DNA of 32,000 nucleotides from Candidatus Heimdallarchaeota archaeon B3_Heim. GTDB lineage: Archaea > Asgardarchaeota > Heimdallarchaeia > Hodarchaeales > Hodarchaeaceae. The translations under genes were made by a program, and so were the position numbers. Below are positions 10,180 to 19,685 of the stretch, piece after piece. Each line of letters opens with the position of its first letter. Positions within the stretch are counted from its first letter, which is position 1. The notes under the pieces are model-generated. The model searched no databases. It was not told where the DNA came from and saw only the letters and a program-made list of their open reading frames with translations. Location: the NCBI GenBank assembly GCA_003144275.1, contig NJBF01000031.1, positions 25,496 to 57,495 on the forward strand, written 5' to 3'.

Positions 10180-10935
10180 CTAATCGTCTGGATCGTCAAG
10201 AAATTCAGGTCGAAGTTTGAGTCTTTGAACAGGTCGTCCATCTTCCGTGTAACCAATTGCACTGAATTTATTAGATTGTATGAAATATTCATACAGAGTT
10301 TGCTGGAGCTTTCGGCCAAGAACAAAGCGATCTCCTAACTCAAAAAAATCTAATTGTAATGAGGCTGCAGAGTCTTTAAATGCTTTAAGAATCCATTTAC
10401 GTAAATATTTTTCAAGTCCAGACTTTTTAGTAAGGCGAGAATGTATTTCTTGTACATCAAGTAATTCAACGTTCTGAGTACTCGCTGGCTTTGTTTCATT
10501 AATATAATTAAGCAATTTTTCTTTAATATCTTCAGGGGAATTTTCACTGGTATAATTAGTTTTTATTCTCCCATTGCTCCTTTTTTCTTCCTCGAATAAG
10601 AATAATATTAGTTCATCAACAACAACTTTCGCATCAGTAAAAGCATTCAAATTGATTTCTAATAAGAAATTGGCGTTGGTTACGCGCCAATGCTTGATTT
10701 TTCTACCCGCTTCATTTTGTTCCATTTCGTATCCTGCCAATCCTAATTCCCGTAATTTTTCCAGATGATGAAGGATGGTAGGAATCTTTTTCCCCAATTT
10801 ATCTGCTAATTGGGATGCAGTAAGCCCTTTAGGAGAAGAAGTATTCATAGACAGAAGCATTCCTAGTCGAGTAGGATCAGCTAGGGCTTTAATAATCGGT
10901 ATAACTTCTCCAGGGTTTGTAAAAGTAGGATCCAA
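10180..10935 (-). CDS. ArsR-type winged-helix regulator with C-terminal extension
   Basis: N-terminal KALADPTRLGML...ASQLADKLG...TILHHLEKLRELGL. Confidence 0.85.
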   Translation of the reverse strand: MDPTFTNPGEVIPIIKALADPTRLGMLLSMNTSSPKGLTASQLADKLGKKIPTILHHLEKLRELGLAGYEMEQNEAGRKIKHWRVTNANFLLEINLNAFTDAKVVVDELILFLFEEEKRSNGRIKTNYTSENSPEDIKEKLLNYINETKPASTQNVELLDVQEIHSRLTKKSGLEKYLRKWILKAFKDSAASLQLDFFELGDRFVLGRKLQQTLYEYFIQSNKFSAIGYTEDGRPVQRLKLRPEFLDDPDD

Positions 10936-11052
10936 AAAGATCTGCTCCTAACATACTATTCCTTTAACCTCTTAAAAACTGACATCTAATGGCACAAACT
11001 AACTCATAAGACGGTTTTTTTTTCCCCGAACTCAACAAAATAGTTGGTTTGT

Positions 11053-11370
11053 TCATAATGAATCCGATTGCATATCAGGAAAGGGCGGAGGAGACCAATT
11101 TTTCATTATAATTACTCCTAAAAGTAAAATAAATCCACCAGCTACTAGGAGCAAACCGACTAAAAAGCCATCAATATAAATTAATTGGTTAGTTCGAATT
11201 GTGTCAATAACCACCCCAGTAATGCTGAATAATCCAAGTATAATTGTCAGTAAACTTCCAAAAATCAGAATCCAATAAATGTATGGATTTAAAATTGTGC
11301 TTGGGGTAGAAAGATTCATTTTTTCTTGGGATGAAGAATCATCAGAGCTACTCATCAATACACTTTCCAC
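11053..11370 (-). CDS. Small two-TM membrane protein
   Basis: Two long hydrophobic stretches in a 105-aa ORF. Confidence 0.7.
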   Translation of the reverse strand: MESVLMSSSDDSSSQEKMNLSTPSTILNPYIYWILIFGSLLTIILGLFSITGVVIDTIRTNQLIYIDGFLVGLLLVAGGFILLLGVIIMKNWSPPPFPDMQSDSL

Positions 11371-11653
11371 TTATGATGATATTTTTATAATATTAAATCT
11401 TTTCTTTCACATCATTAGGGCGTAGCAATATTCTAATCTTTGATTGGCAGGAGAAAAAACCTTACTTAATCAAAAATGAAAATAATACCTTAGTTAAATT
11501 TTACTCTCAAGTATAGCAAGAAGTAACCTTGAAATTCCAGTTAATGAGAGGTTGAAGAATTTATTTCACTTATAAGTTGAAAGACTTTGAAATAAGGATC
11601 TCTAACAAGACCTATCTTAATTATTTAAGCTCCAAATCGTTTTCAGAGATTTA

Positions 11654-11659
11654 AGGAGG
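11654..11659 (+). promoter_or_regulatory. Shine-Dalgarno-like AGGAGG
   Basis: AGGAGG ends 11 nt before ATG 11671. Confidence 0.5.
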
Positions 11660-11719
11660 ACAATTGTAATATGCTCATAATATCCCTTCTTTAGAATTAC
11701 TGAAGATGTTGAAGTATTT

Positions 11720-11980
11720 ATGCAACAGACTACTCAACCAATCTCAGATGTAAGGATCCATGATTATCGTGTACGAAATTATACACACGAAGCGATCGAT
11801 AAAGGCGAATTATCTTGTTTAGTGCAATTTATAGCATCATTAGACGTATGTAAAGTTTGTGTTAGAGAGATTCCCAAGATTCAGTCATCTTTTGGATCAG
11901 AATTAGATTTTTCCATTGATTTCGACACAAAAACTTTAGATATACGGTACGGCCGAAGATCTCCCGTCTCTGGCTGGTAG
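11720..11980 (+). CDS. Small hypothetical protein, possibly frameshifted at its 5' end
   Basis: 86-aa ORF whose frame stays open upstream (YPFFRITEDVEVF) to a TAA at 11678-11680. The SD-led ATG at 11671 is one base out of frame. Confidence 0.55.
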   Translation: MQQTTQPISDVRIHDYRVRNYTHEAIDKGELSCLVQFIASLDVCKVCVREIPKIQSSFGSELDFSIDFDTKTLDIRYGRRSPVSGW

Positions 11981-12097
11981 TAGCTAATCGTAAGTTCTTC
12001 TCCTTAACTTAGAGCTCTTTTAAACATCAGAAATGCTTGAAAATTCTGAATCAAAAGAACATCTTTTTTGAAGGATTAGTTTAAAACATCAATACTG

Positions 12098-12820
12098 ATG
12101 TATCAAGCTGAAATGCCTCGTGAAAAAATAGCTAGAAATATTAGTAAAGATTTCCACAAACATACAGAAGAAGAAAAACAAATTTTAACCCAATTAAGAA
12201 TAACATCGGTGTATTATCTCAATTTACTTGAAGAAAATGGCGTAAAGGCATTTATTCACGGATCAGTTGCGCGTGGAGATGTTAGTCAATCTTCAGACAT
12301 TGATATTCACATCCCCTACATTATCCCCTCATTTCGGTTGGATATGATTGATGAATTTATCAATACTGAACGTCGAATTATCATGGGAACACCAAACTCA
12401 ACTATCAAAGGTTTATTCAAGATTGACCAAGAAATTTCATTAACTTTTCCTTTAACACCTCCAACCGAGCGTGAAATAGATTTTTATCGTTTTTCTGGAT
12501 TAATGTATCTGGAGGAGTTATTGGAGAAGGCTGGATCACCCGGGGTCACAAAAAAATTACTATTTATTGAGCCGACAAACACAGGATACTGGTATTCGTC
12601 GCTTTTAAGTCATAAAAAGACGGTAATGAAAAGTTTAAATGTTTCTCAGCGAATAATTGATGAACGAATTCGAGTATTAACACGTCGGGACAAAATAGGG
12701 AGAACAGGGTTACTTCTCGATTACTCGCTCTCCCCGAATACAAATTTTGAACAAGTCCTTCATCATTTACGTTCTCAAAATCCGATTGTACGCAATCAGA
12801 TAAGTAGATCTAATAAATAA
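12098..12820 (+). CDS. Archaeal Pol-beta-family nucleotidyltransferase (COG2413-like)
   Basis: HGSVARGDV..SDID motif; C-terminal ER..VL.RR..GRTG. Confidence 0.85.
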   Translation: MYQAEMPREKIARNISKDFHKHTEEEKQILTQLRITSVYYLNLLEENGVKAFIHGSVARGDVSQSSDIDIHIPYIIPSFRLDMIDEFINTERRIIMGTPNSTIKGLFKIDQEISLTFPLTPPTEREIDFYRFSGLMYLEELLEKAGSPGVTKKLLFIEPTNTGYWYSSLLSHKKTVMKSLNVSQRIIDERIRVLTRRDKIGRTGLLLDYSLSPNTNFEQVLHHLRSQNPIVRNQISRSNK

Positions 12821-12889
12821 ATCAAATTTCACATTTGAATAGATGTTTATCATTAGTTTACACTGAATAAAATTCATCCCTTTGAGAAA

Positions 12890-13732
12890 ATGCTTTCCGA
12901 TCAATCTGTTGACCGACGTTGGCTTGTTCGCAATTTTAATGAGAAGAAGGTACTTTTAGTAGCTGATTTACATCTTGGTTTCGATGTTGAATGGTTTGGT
13001 AGAGGCCTATGGACATCAAAACCAAGCTGGTCACTTGAAATTATTAAAAATCTTCGAGACGATATTCTGAAGATTCACCCCTCTCATTTGGTAGTCTGTG
13101 GAGACTTAGAACATCATTTTAGACTTAAAAAAAAGAAAGAAATGGAAGATTCACACATAATTCTCCCAGAAGAAGTACGTGAAACAATCCTCAATTCATT
13201 TAGAAATGAAATTCTTAGGATACCGAACTTGGAAGTAATCCTAGTCCAGGGTGAAAATGATGTATCATTTTATCAGGAACTGGAAGACTCCTGCCAAGTA
13301 TTACCTTCTGAAGGGAAATCACTATTTGATAACCATCTGGGTATTTTTCATGGCCAAATTCCCCCCTTCAAGGAAATAGTCTTCACTTCAGAAATAATTC
13401 TCGGTCATCTCCATCCTGAAATCGTTTTGAAAGATGATTTACAAATTCGTCACAAATTTCCAGTATATTTCAAATTACAAGTACCAAGGGAAGATTTATT
13501 TCAATTATTTCACTTTCCTTTTGAATTAGAGGAAATAGGAATGGTTGATATGGCTCCTATTACAATTCTTCCTGCTTATAATCACTTCTTATCTGGCTAT
13601 GTAATGAATATAGTTGGTGGAGGTAGAAAACGACATAAATCTTATCCAATCCTTCGACCATTACTCCACCATCCAAATGCAGAAATTAAAATGACTGATG
13701 GTATTGATTTAGGACTATTGTCGAATATCTAG
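12890..13732 (+). CDS. Calcineurin-like metallophosphoesterase (COG1407-like) with altered GNHD motif
   Basis: ADLHLG, GDLEH, GEND (for GNHD), HGQ and GHLHP motifs. Confidence 0.85.
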   Translation: MLSDQSVDRRWLVRNFNEKKVLLVADLHLGFDVEWFGRGLWTSKPSWSLEIIKNLRDDILKIHPSHLVVCGDLEHHFRLKKKKEMEDSHIILPEEVRETILNSFRNEILRIPNLEVILVQGENDVSFYQELEDSCQVLPSEGKSLFDNHLGIFHGQIPPFKEIVFTSEIILGHLHPEIVLKDDLQIRHKFPVYFKLQVPREDLFQLFHFPFELEEIGMVDMAPITILPAYNHFLSGYVMNIVGGGRKRHKSYPILRPLLHHPNAEIKMTDGIDLGLLSNI

Positions 13733-13745
13733 TACAACTAACTGC

Positions 13746-16565
13746 TTATGCCCAATATTCACGAGTTCGGGCAAAATTTGCTTCATGATGGTAAATTGAA
13801 GTCAAAAGATCTTCAGTTGTTTTATGGGGTTCCCGTAAAATACGGATAGCAATTGTAGGGCCAATACCCCGTCCAGCAAGGACAAAAGCTGCTTTTTTTC
13901 CAAAAGAGAGAATAATGTCCGCAGATTTTTTTGCTGTTTTGAGCTCTTTTTTTTCATCCTGTGTAAGCCTAATTGTTTTATTAGTGGATCTTTTTAACAA
14001 AGCTTTTATGCCAGTTTTGTGTTGATGCACTACTGCAATATAACGCGAGTGACAAAGAGGACATTGAATATCTTCAAGGCTTTCAATTCGTTGAAGTTTT
14101 TCATACTTACATGTTAAACGCATACAAACTAAACGAACCCAAGTATTCCGGATCCTCTTTTCAATCTTTTCGAGAATGATAGAAGAGGGTTTTAACTTCA
14201 GTACATTTGAGGAAATTGGTTCAGTAGCCGCTAGAGAGAGGGGGGAGTCAAAGGAAGATACGGGTACTTCTTCAATCGTGAGTTTATTTCCCTGAATCCT
14301 CTCTAAAAATTGAATAACAAGATCTTGATTCATATTTTCGCTAAGAATTTCATTAACTGCTTCCTGTCCGACGATAGTTTCTTTATATCGTGATACAATG
14401 AAACGGGTCATCATGATAGAATTTTCAGCAGATTCTGAAAGAACTCCGAAACGTTTCGCAACTTGTCGAAGACGCCACGCAAATAAATCTGTACCTTTAA
14501 TTCGATGTTCTAAAAGAGGTTGTACGTGTTCAGGCTCTAAGGTTTCAAATATATTCTTAAGACTTATAGGACGGCCAAGTGATAAGAAGATACTATAAGG
14601 ATCAGTACGATATTGTATTGAATGTCCTTGACGAGCTCCAATGACTGCCGATAGAAGTAACCCGAGGGTTTCGTTTCCTCTAGACCCTAAAAAACTATGG
14701 ATAACGATTTGCCTCCCAGTTGTTTCAATTAACAATTTCCCTTTTTTTGGAATGAGATCCCTTTCTCGTTGATTCCGCAGAAAAGATTTTAATTCATTTT
14801 GAATTTCTTTGGTGGTTGTCTGTAAATTTGAATCATCTTCAAACAAATCCATAACCGTTGAAGATACAAGTTGTGATACAGGAATGAGTTCTCCTTCCCA
14901 TGTAGGAATAGTTGCCTCAGTTATCCCTCTTACCTGGCGAACTTCAACTTTTTCATCTTTAATGGCTAAGAGCTCCCAAGGTGTTCCATTTAAGATGAAA
15001 ATTGCTCCTTTATCTCCACGTGTAACAATAAATCCTTCATCTAAATGCCCGACGCGGGCTTGAGAACCAACATCAATTACACTATACGTTCGTTTAGTGG
15101 GGATACTGCTTAAATTCGAGTAGTAGAATTTATAGGCCTTTCTCTTAATTCTGATAGTAATTTTTTCTGTATGAGGATCTTTGTTTATAGAAAAAAAGTA
15201 ATTTTCATTACCAAATTTCAGGAGGGGTACTAAATCTTTTGGAGTGAAATGTTGATAAGGTGAGGCTCCTGAAATTATCTTGTGAATGGTTTTAACCGAT
15301 GTTTCTCCAAAGTCGAGAAGAATACCTATAATGCTCTGAAATAAGATGTCATAAGCATATGTATGAATCCTAGTTGGTTCCACTCTTCCTTCTAGAACCC
15401 TATTATTTATCAAAAATGCCTCTAAGAGCTCTCGGGGAGTTTCTGTTATAATTATACCTTTACTCTCCCTATCTAGACCGTGTCCGGCTCGTCCCACTCG
15501 TTGAATCAAAGTCTCGATCCGTCTGGGGCTCATATATTGGATGACCAAACTGATTGATCCAATGTCTATTCCCAGTTCTAATGAAGAAGTAGCAATAATC
15601 AAATCTAGAGACCCTTCACGAACATCATTTTCTGCACGTAAGCGAGTCTGGGTAGATAAGCTGGAATGATGAACCTCAAATGATACTTGGTTTTCAGTCG
15701 GAGTGAATTCATTGTACATCTTGAAACGATAACCAAGAATTTCAGCCTGTTGGCGAGTATTGGTGAATAATAGAACTGTTCCGTCCTCCTGTTCAATTAT
15801 TTCCAATAGACGTTGAAATCGGGATGCCGCATCTTCCGTAGTATGGATGGCTGTGGGAAGATCTTTGTAATTTGCAGACAATTTGGTTGGATAATCAAGT
15901 TGTAAATTTAATTCCTTAAGACGAGGGATTTTCACAATACGCGCATTTTCATTCTTTGGAGAAAGAAAATTCAGGACTTCAGAAGGAGAACCTACAGTCG
16001 CTGATAATCCGATACGCTGAATTGGGCCCTTCACTCGATGGGATAATCGCTCCAAAGCTAATGAAAGTTGGATCCCTCTCTTAGATTCAACAAGCTCATG
16101 TATTTCATCTATTATTACCGTATGCACATTTGTTAAATGAACACGACCGAAAATTTTTGCTGGGAGAAGGGCTTGAAGTAATTCAGGGGTAGTAATTAAT
16201 ATTTGAGGTGGATTCTTAGTCTGCTTTTGCCTTTCATATGGAGTTGTATCCCCATGTCTTACAGCAATCGTGATACCGAGTTTAGAAGCTAATTGAGGAA
16301 GAACTCGTCTAAAAATATCTCGATTTAGAGACTTTAAAGGGGTAACTACCAACACTCTTATGGGCGTAGGATCAGTATGAGTGATTATCTGGTGTAAACA
16401 TGCAATAATTGTTCCAAAAGTCTTACCTGAACCAGTGGAAGCCACAACCAGTACATCTTCATTTGAAATTATAGCCTTAAGATATTCAAGTTGACCAGGA
16501 GTTGGAGTTATCTCTAAATCTCGTAAAATGGCCTGAATTCTTTTATCTAGAAATTCAAATGACAT
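13746..16565 (-). CDS. lhr: Lhr-family SF2 helicase with C-terminal Cys-rich (Zn) region
   Basis: STGSGKT, RHGDT, TTPE, DEIH, GLSAT, HHSSL, ATSSLELGIDIG and QRVGRAGH motifs. C-terminal C-x4-C...CPLC. Confidence 0.93.
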   Translation of the reverse strand: MSFEFLDKRIQAILRDLEITPTPGQLEYLKAIISNEDVLVVASTGSGKTFGTIIACLHQIITHTDPTPIRVLVVTPLKSLNRDIFRRVLPQLASKLGITIAVRHGDTTPYERQKQTKNPPQILITTPELLQALLPAKIFGRVHLTNVHTVIIDEIHELVESKRGIQLSLALERLSHRVKGPIQRIGLSATVGSPSEVLNFLSPKNENARIVKIPRLKELNLQLDYPTKLSANYKDLPTAIHTTEDAASRFQRLLEIIEQEDGTVLLFTNTRQQAEILGYRFKMYNEFTPTENQVSFEVHHSSLSTQTRLRAENDVREGSLDLIIATSSLELGIDIGSISLVIQYMSPRRIETLIQRVGRAGHGLDRESKGIIITETPRELLEAFLINNRVLEGRVEPTRIHTYAYDILFQSIIGILLDFGETSVKTIHKIISGASPYQHFTPKDLVPLLKFGNENYFFSINKDPHTEKITIRIKRKAYKFYYSNLSSIPTKRTYSVIDVGSQARVGHLDEGFIVTRGDKGAIFILNGTPWELLAIKDEKVEVRQVRGITEATIPTWEGELIPVSQLVSSTVMDLFEDDSNLQTTTKEIQNELKSFLRNQRERDLIPKKGKLLIETTGRQIVIHSFLGSRGNETLGLLLSAVIGARQGHSIQYRTDPYSIFLSLGRPISLKNIFETLEPEHVQPLLEHRIKGTDLFAWRLRQVAKRFGVLSESAENSIMMTRFIVSRYKETIVGQEAVNEILSENMNQDLVIQFLERIQGNKLTIEEVPVSSFDSPLSLAATEPISSNVLKLKPSSIILEKIEKRIRNTWVRLVCMRLTCKYEKLQRIESLEDIQCPLCHSRYIAVVHQHKTGIKALLKRSTNKTIRLTQDEKKELKTAKKSADIILSFGKKAAFVLAGRGIGPTIAIRILREPHKTTEDLLTSIYHHEANFARTREYWA

Positions 16566-16915
16566 TGAGATATATTCTCCTTACATACTAGAACTTACAG
16601 TTTTTTAACGACAGATGGGTCGTTTATCTCTAAGAATGAAGAAGATGATACGGGGTTTTCAATCGTTTCTTTACGGGTAATTTACTAGGAACAAATCTAT
16701 ACAAATTAAAAATAAAAATATCGAATTTTCGATTACTTAGGATCAAATTAACCATAAATTAATAACATTAAATATTTCAATTTTCTCTGAGAATTATGAG
16801 TTCTTGAATAGGTGATATTAGCATTTTTTTAGAAAAAGAACTATCTTCAAGCAATAACTCATGAAATTGACAAGTTAAACAATCTCAATTTAAGATTATT
16901 ATTGGTGATTTATTT

Positions 16916-17842
16916 TTGGAAAATCTAGATATTAGTGATCAAGTTAGTAATATTGTCGAAAAAATTAAAAATTTCATTGAAACTTCAAAAGAGGAGCGTG
17001 GAGTAAGCGGTGTTGTAATATTATTCTCAGGATTCATTGATTCGACAATTATTGCTAAACTCGCAATGGACACACTTGGAAAGGAAAAAGTTAGACTTTT
17101 CAATAGATCTGAAAGTAAATTCGATAAACACACTGAAATGTTCAAGAATTCTATTGATTATCTAGGAATTTCTGCGTCTCAAATTGTTCATTGTGATATC
17201 GCTCCTATTGTAAAGCAGTTTAATTCTGATGAACTAATTCCAGGACGATCTCGAGAGGTTCCTTTGCTCTATCAACCTTTAAGCTATTCTTTACTTAAAT
17301 CATCATTGATCAAAGAAATTGAAGGTAATACATATGGTATGGTCGGAAAAGCAGAATCAGAACGTGAGCGATTACTCCATAAGATCATTGCACATAATAA
17401 ACTACGTTCTCGAATTCAAATGGCGGTAGCTTATCTAACTGCAGAAACAGAAAACGCATTTCTTATAGGAACGATCAATAAAACTGAATTATTGACTGGT
17501 CTCTTTACAAAATGGGGACATGGACACTGTGCTGATATCATGCCTCTTGGTAATCTATACCGCACCCAAATATTACAACTTGCAGACTATTTAGATATCC
17601 CCTCCGAAATAGCAAATAAGGCGAAAGCTGACTTTTTACCTGGTATACAAAATAAATATCAATATTTTTTCGAGCTTACCGCATTAGATGTTGATAGGAT
17701 TCTAGTTCGATTGGAACATGGACTTTCAACAGAGGAAACGAGCAAACAAACCGATATTGATCTCGATTTAATAGAAAAAGTTAATCATTACTTCACTTCT
17801 TCAGTATATACACGTAGTGCTCCTCTTATCCCTAAAATTTAG
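16916..17842 (+). CDS. Divergent NH3-dependent NAD+ synthetase (NadE)-like protein
   Basis: PP-loop SGFIDS, SRIQM, GTINKTE..GLFTKWG.G..DIMPLGNLYRTQ. Several consensus residues are substituted. Confidence 0.8.
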   Translation: MENLDISDQVSNIVEKIKNFIETSKEERGVSGVVILFSGFIDSTIIAKLAMDTLGKEKVRLFNRSESKFDKHTEMFKNSIDYLGISASQIVHCDIAPIVKQFNSDELIPGRSREVPLLYQPLSYSLLKSSLIKEIEGNTYGMVGKAESERERLLHKIIAHNKLRSRIQMAVAYLTAETENAFLIGTINKTELLTGLFTKWGHGHCADIMPLGNLYRTQILQLADYLDIPSEIANKAKADFLPGIQNKYQYFFELTALDVDRILVRLEHGLSTEETSKQTDIDLDLIEKVNHYFTSSVYTRSAPLIPKI

Positions 17843-17870
17843 GCACATTCTTTTATTCAGCATTTGAAGA

Positions 17871-18155
17871 TTAAATTATCTTAAGAACGAATCCAAGGAA
17901 CGTAAGGTACAGTCCACTAAATAATAAAAGAAGAAGGGATATTGGAACTAATTTCTTCATGAAATAAATGAAGTTGAGAGGCCGTCCTTCCTTGCTGAGA
18001 ATTGATATGGCTAAAATTGACGCTGCACTCCCGAATGGAGTCAATCCTCCCCCAAATGCCCCTCCAAAGAGTAGCATAAACCATAAATATTGTGGATTGG
18101 ATCCAGTTGCCGGAAAACTTTCAACAATTGGAGCTAAGGCCGCTCTATTACCAAT
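17871..18155 (-). pseudogene. C-terminal remnant of an ArsB/NhaD (ion transporter superfamily) permease
   Basis: Frame is open from 18155 (stop at 18156-18158): AALAPIVE...YLWFMLLFGGAFGGGLTPFGSAASIL. This matches the family's final GGNxTPxGSAAN helices. The upstream several hundred codons are absent. Confidence 0.75.
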
Positions 18156-18562
18156 TTAATTTCAGCTGGGATTGTTGTCATATCAAATATACGACCAACA
18201 GGACACATTTCACGAGCTTTCTCAAGAGCTTTCTGCATTTTTTCTTGAGGCTCATTTGTTACGACAGTAAAAATAGATACCATTTTAGTAACTGTCTCCA
18301 TTTCCCCAGGTTTTTCAGCTTCAACTTTCATGTTGACAGAATCAACTTGTAATCTCATTTTGTCAACCACTATTCTAAACATAGTGACTGTACAACCTGC
18401 ATAGCCCATTACAATATATTCAAGAGCAGTAGCAGCTGTATCTTCACCGTTTTGATATTGTGGCAAATCCATAGTGACGGAATGGCCTCTACCATCATCA
18501 ACTTCTGTTAGATAACCACGAACCCAACGAGCATTAGATTTTAACATAATAATCTCTTCCAA
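18134..18562 (-). CDS. OsmC/Ohr family protein
   Basis: MDLP..G.D...ALE....YAGC and CPV two-Cys signature. Confidence 0.9.
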   Translation of the reverse strand: MEEIIMLKSNARWVRGYLTEVDDGRGHSVTMDLPQYQNGEDTAATALEYIVMGYAGCTVTMFRIVVDKMRLQVDSVNMKVEAEKPGEMETVTKMVSIFTVVTNEPQEKMQKALEKAREMCPVGRIFDMTTIPAEIKLVIERP

Positions 18563-18703
18563 TACGATTCTAGTTAGACTAGTTAAAAATTCTAATTGAA
18601 GTAAAATCGTAGTGTGATTAAGAAAAACAAAATCACCCTATTATCAAGTAAGGAAAAATGGGAAGGAAAACCTTCCAAAATGACCAAAAAGAATATGATA
18701 TCT

Positions 18704-19462
18704 TTAAATGAGCATAGAAACATATAGAAATAATAATGCAAACAGCCCGACAAATATACTAAGGTGACCCATCCCATCAATCCCTAGTTTTACACTTAAA
18801 GTCTTTTTGCCAGTTTTTTTGTCTGATTCTATGTCAGCAATATCTTGATAAGGCACCAATGCAAAAACAAGAAGAAAAATGAAGACAGAATAGAAAATTA
18901 CGGATGGATTAACAGTCCAATTCTGAGAAAGATATACCCAGTAAAAAGTTGCGAGATAAGATCCAGTAGTAAAGATTTCGTGTCCTAATGGTACTTCCTC
19001 TGTAAGAAAATTAACAAAAGTTATTACAATAAGTATTGGGATCCCAATTATGAACAAAATGACCTGGTCAAAATCAAAAAACAAAAGAGCTGCTTGTAGT
19101 ATCCCTGCAACAATGGCTACGGTCGTTATAATACGTCCAGCGTTGCGTACAGTGTTTTCTAGTAAAATACCATCACGAATGACACCCATACCTCCAATTT
19201 CATTGTCATACCCTGAAGCCCAATCACCCGCCTCGTCTCGAAAATGAACTCCAATTGCGGATAAAAGTGCAGCAGAAATTGCAAATAAAGCATGGAATGA
19301 ATTGATCGTTAATTCTTGTACTAACCCCTGCACTAAAGCACCTAACGCAATAATTAGATATGCAATTAAAAATTGAGGCCGTGTGAGCTTAATGAATCCA
19401 ATTATCTTTGTGAATGATAAGGTATCTTGTTCGTTTATTTTACTCATCGTACTTTCTGTCAT
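18704..19462 (-). CDS. UbiA-family prenyltransferase (MenA-like)
   Basis: KLTRP start, Asp-rich RDEAGDWASGYD, and QDIADIESDKKTGKKTLSVKLG. Multiple TM helices. Confidence 0.85.
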   Translation of the reverse strand: MTESTMSKINEQDTLSFTKIIGFIKLTRPQFLIAYLIIALGALVQGLVQELTINSFHALFAISAALLSAIGVHFRDEAGDWASGYDNEIGGMGVIRDGILLENTVRNAGRIITTVAIVAGILQAALLFFDFDQVILFIIGIPILIVITFVNFLTEEVPLGHEIFTTGSYLATFYWVYLSQNWTVNPSVIFYSVFIFLLVFALVPYQDIADIESDKKTGKKTLSVKLGIDGMGHLSIFVGLFALLFLYVSMLI

Positions 19463-19535
19463 AATTAAACCCTATTTTCTAATAACTTTTGTCAATTATA
19501 TGATAAACATGAATAAAATCAACTGACAACATCTA

Positions 19536-19685
19536 ATGAGTAAGAATGAAGAATATTTACAAAGTTTTGTTAGAGATATCGTAGAAAAAGAATTAATTGA
19601 GTCAAAGGGTAGAGGTCAAGCGCAACTTATTAATTGGAGAATGATACTTCGTGGATCTTCCGCATTCTATTCCTTCACATTCTGA
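19536..19685 (+). pseudogene. 49-codon ORF resembling the wing of a winged-helix domain (possible remnant)
   Basis: Manual translation MSKNEEYLQSFVRDIVEKELIESKGRGQAQLINWRMILRGSSAFYSFTF. It is below the ORF-track length cutoff. Confidence 0.3.

Noticed and set aside
10280-10768. Three short ORFs overlapping the ArsR-type gene
   Set aside because: Shadow frames of a well-supported CDS.
14398-15796. Short ORFs within lhr
   Set aside because: Shadow frames of the helicase gene.
16608-16623. ACGAC-N6-GTCGT palindrome resembling the one at 23912
   Set aside because: Spacer differs (6 versus 4 nt) and there are only two instances, which is too weak to call a shared operator.
17968-18780. ORFs 17968..18159, 18092..18352 and 18592..18780
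   Set aside because: They overlap the permease remnant, osmC-like gene or prenyltransferase and have no family signal.
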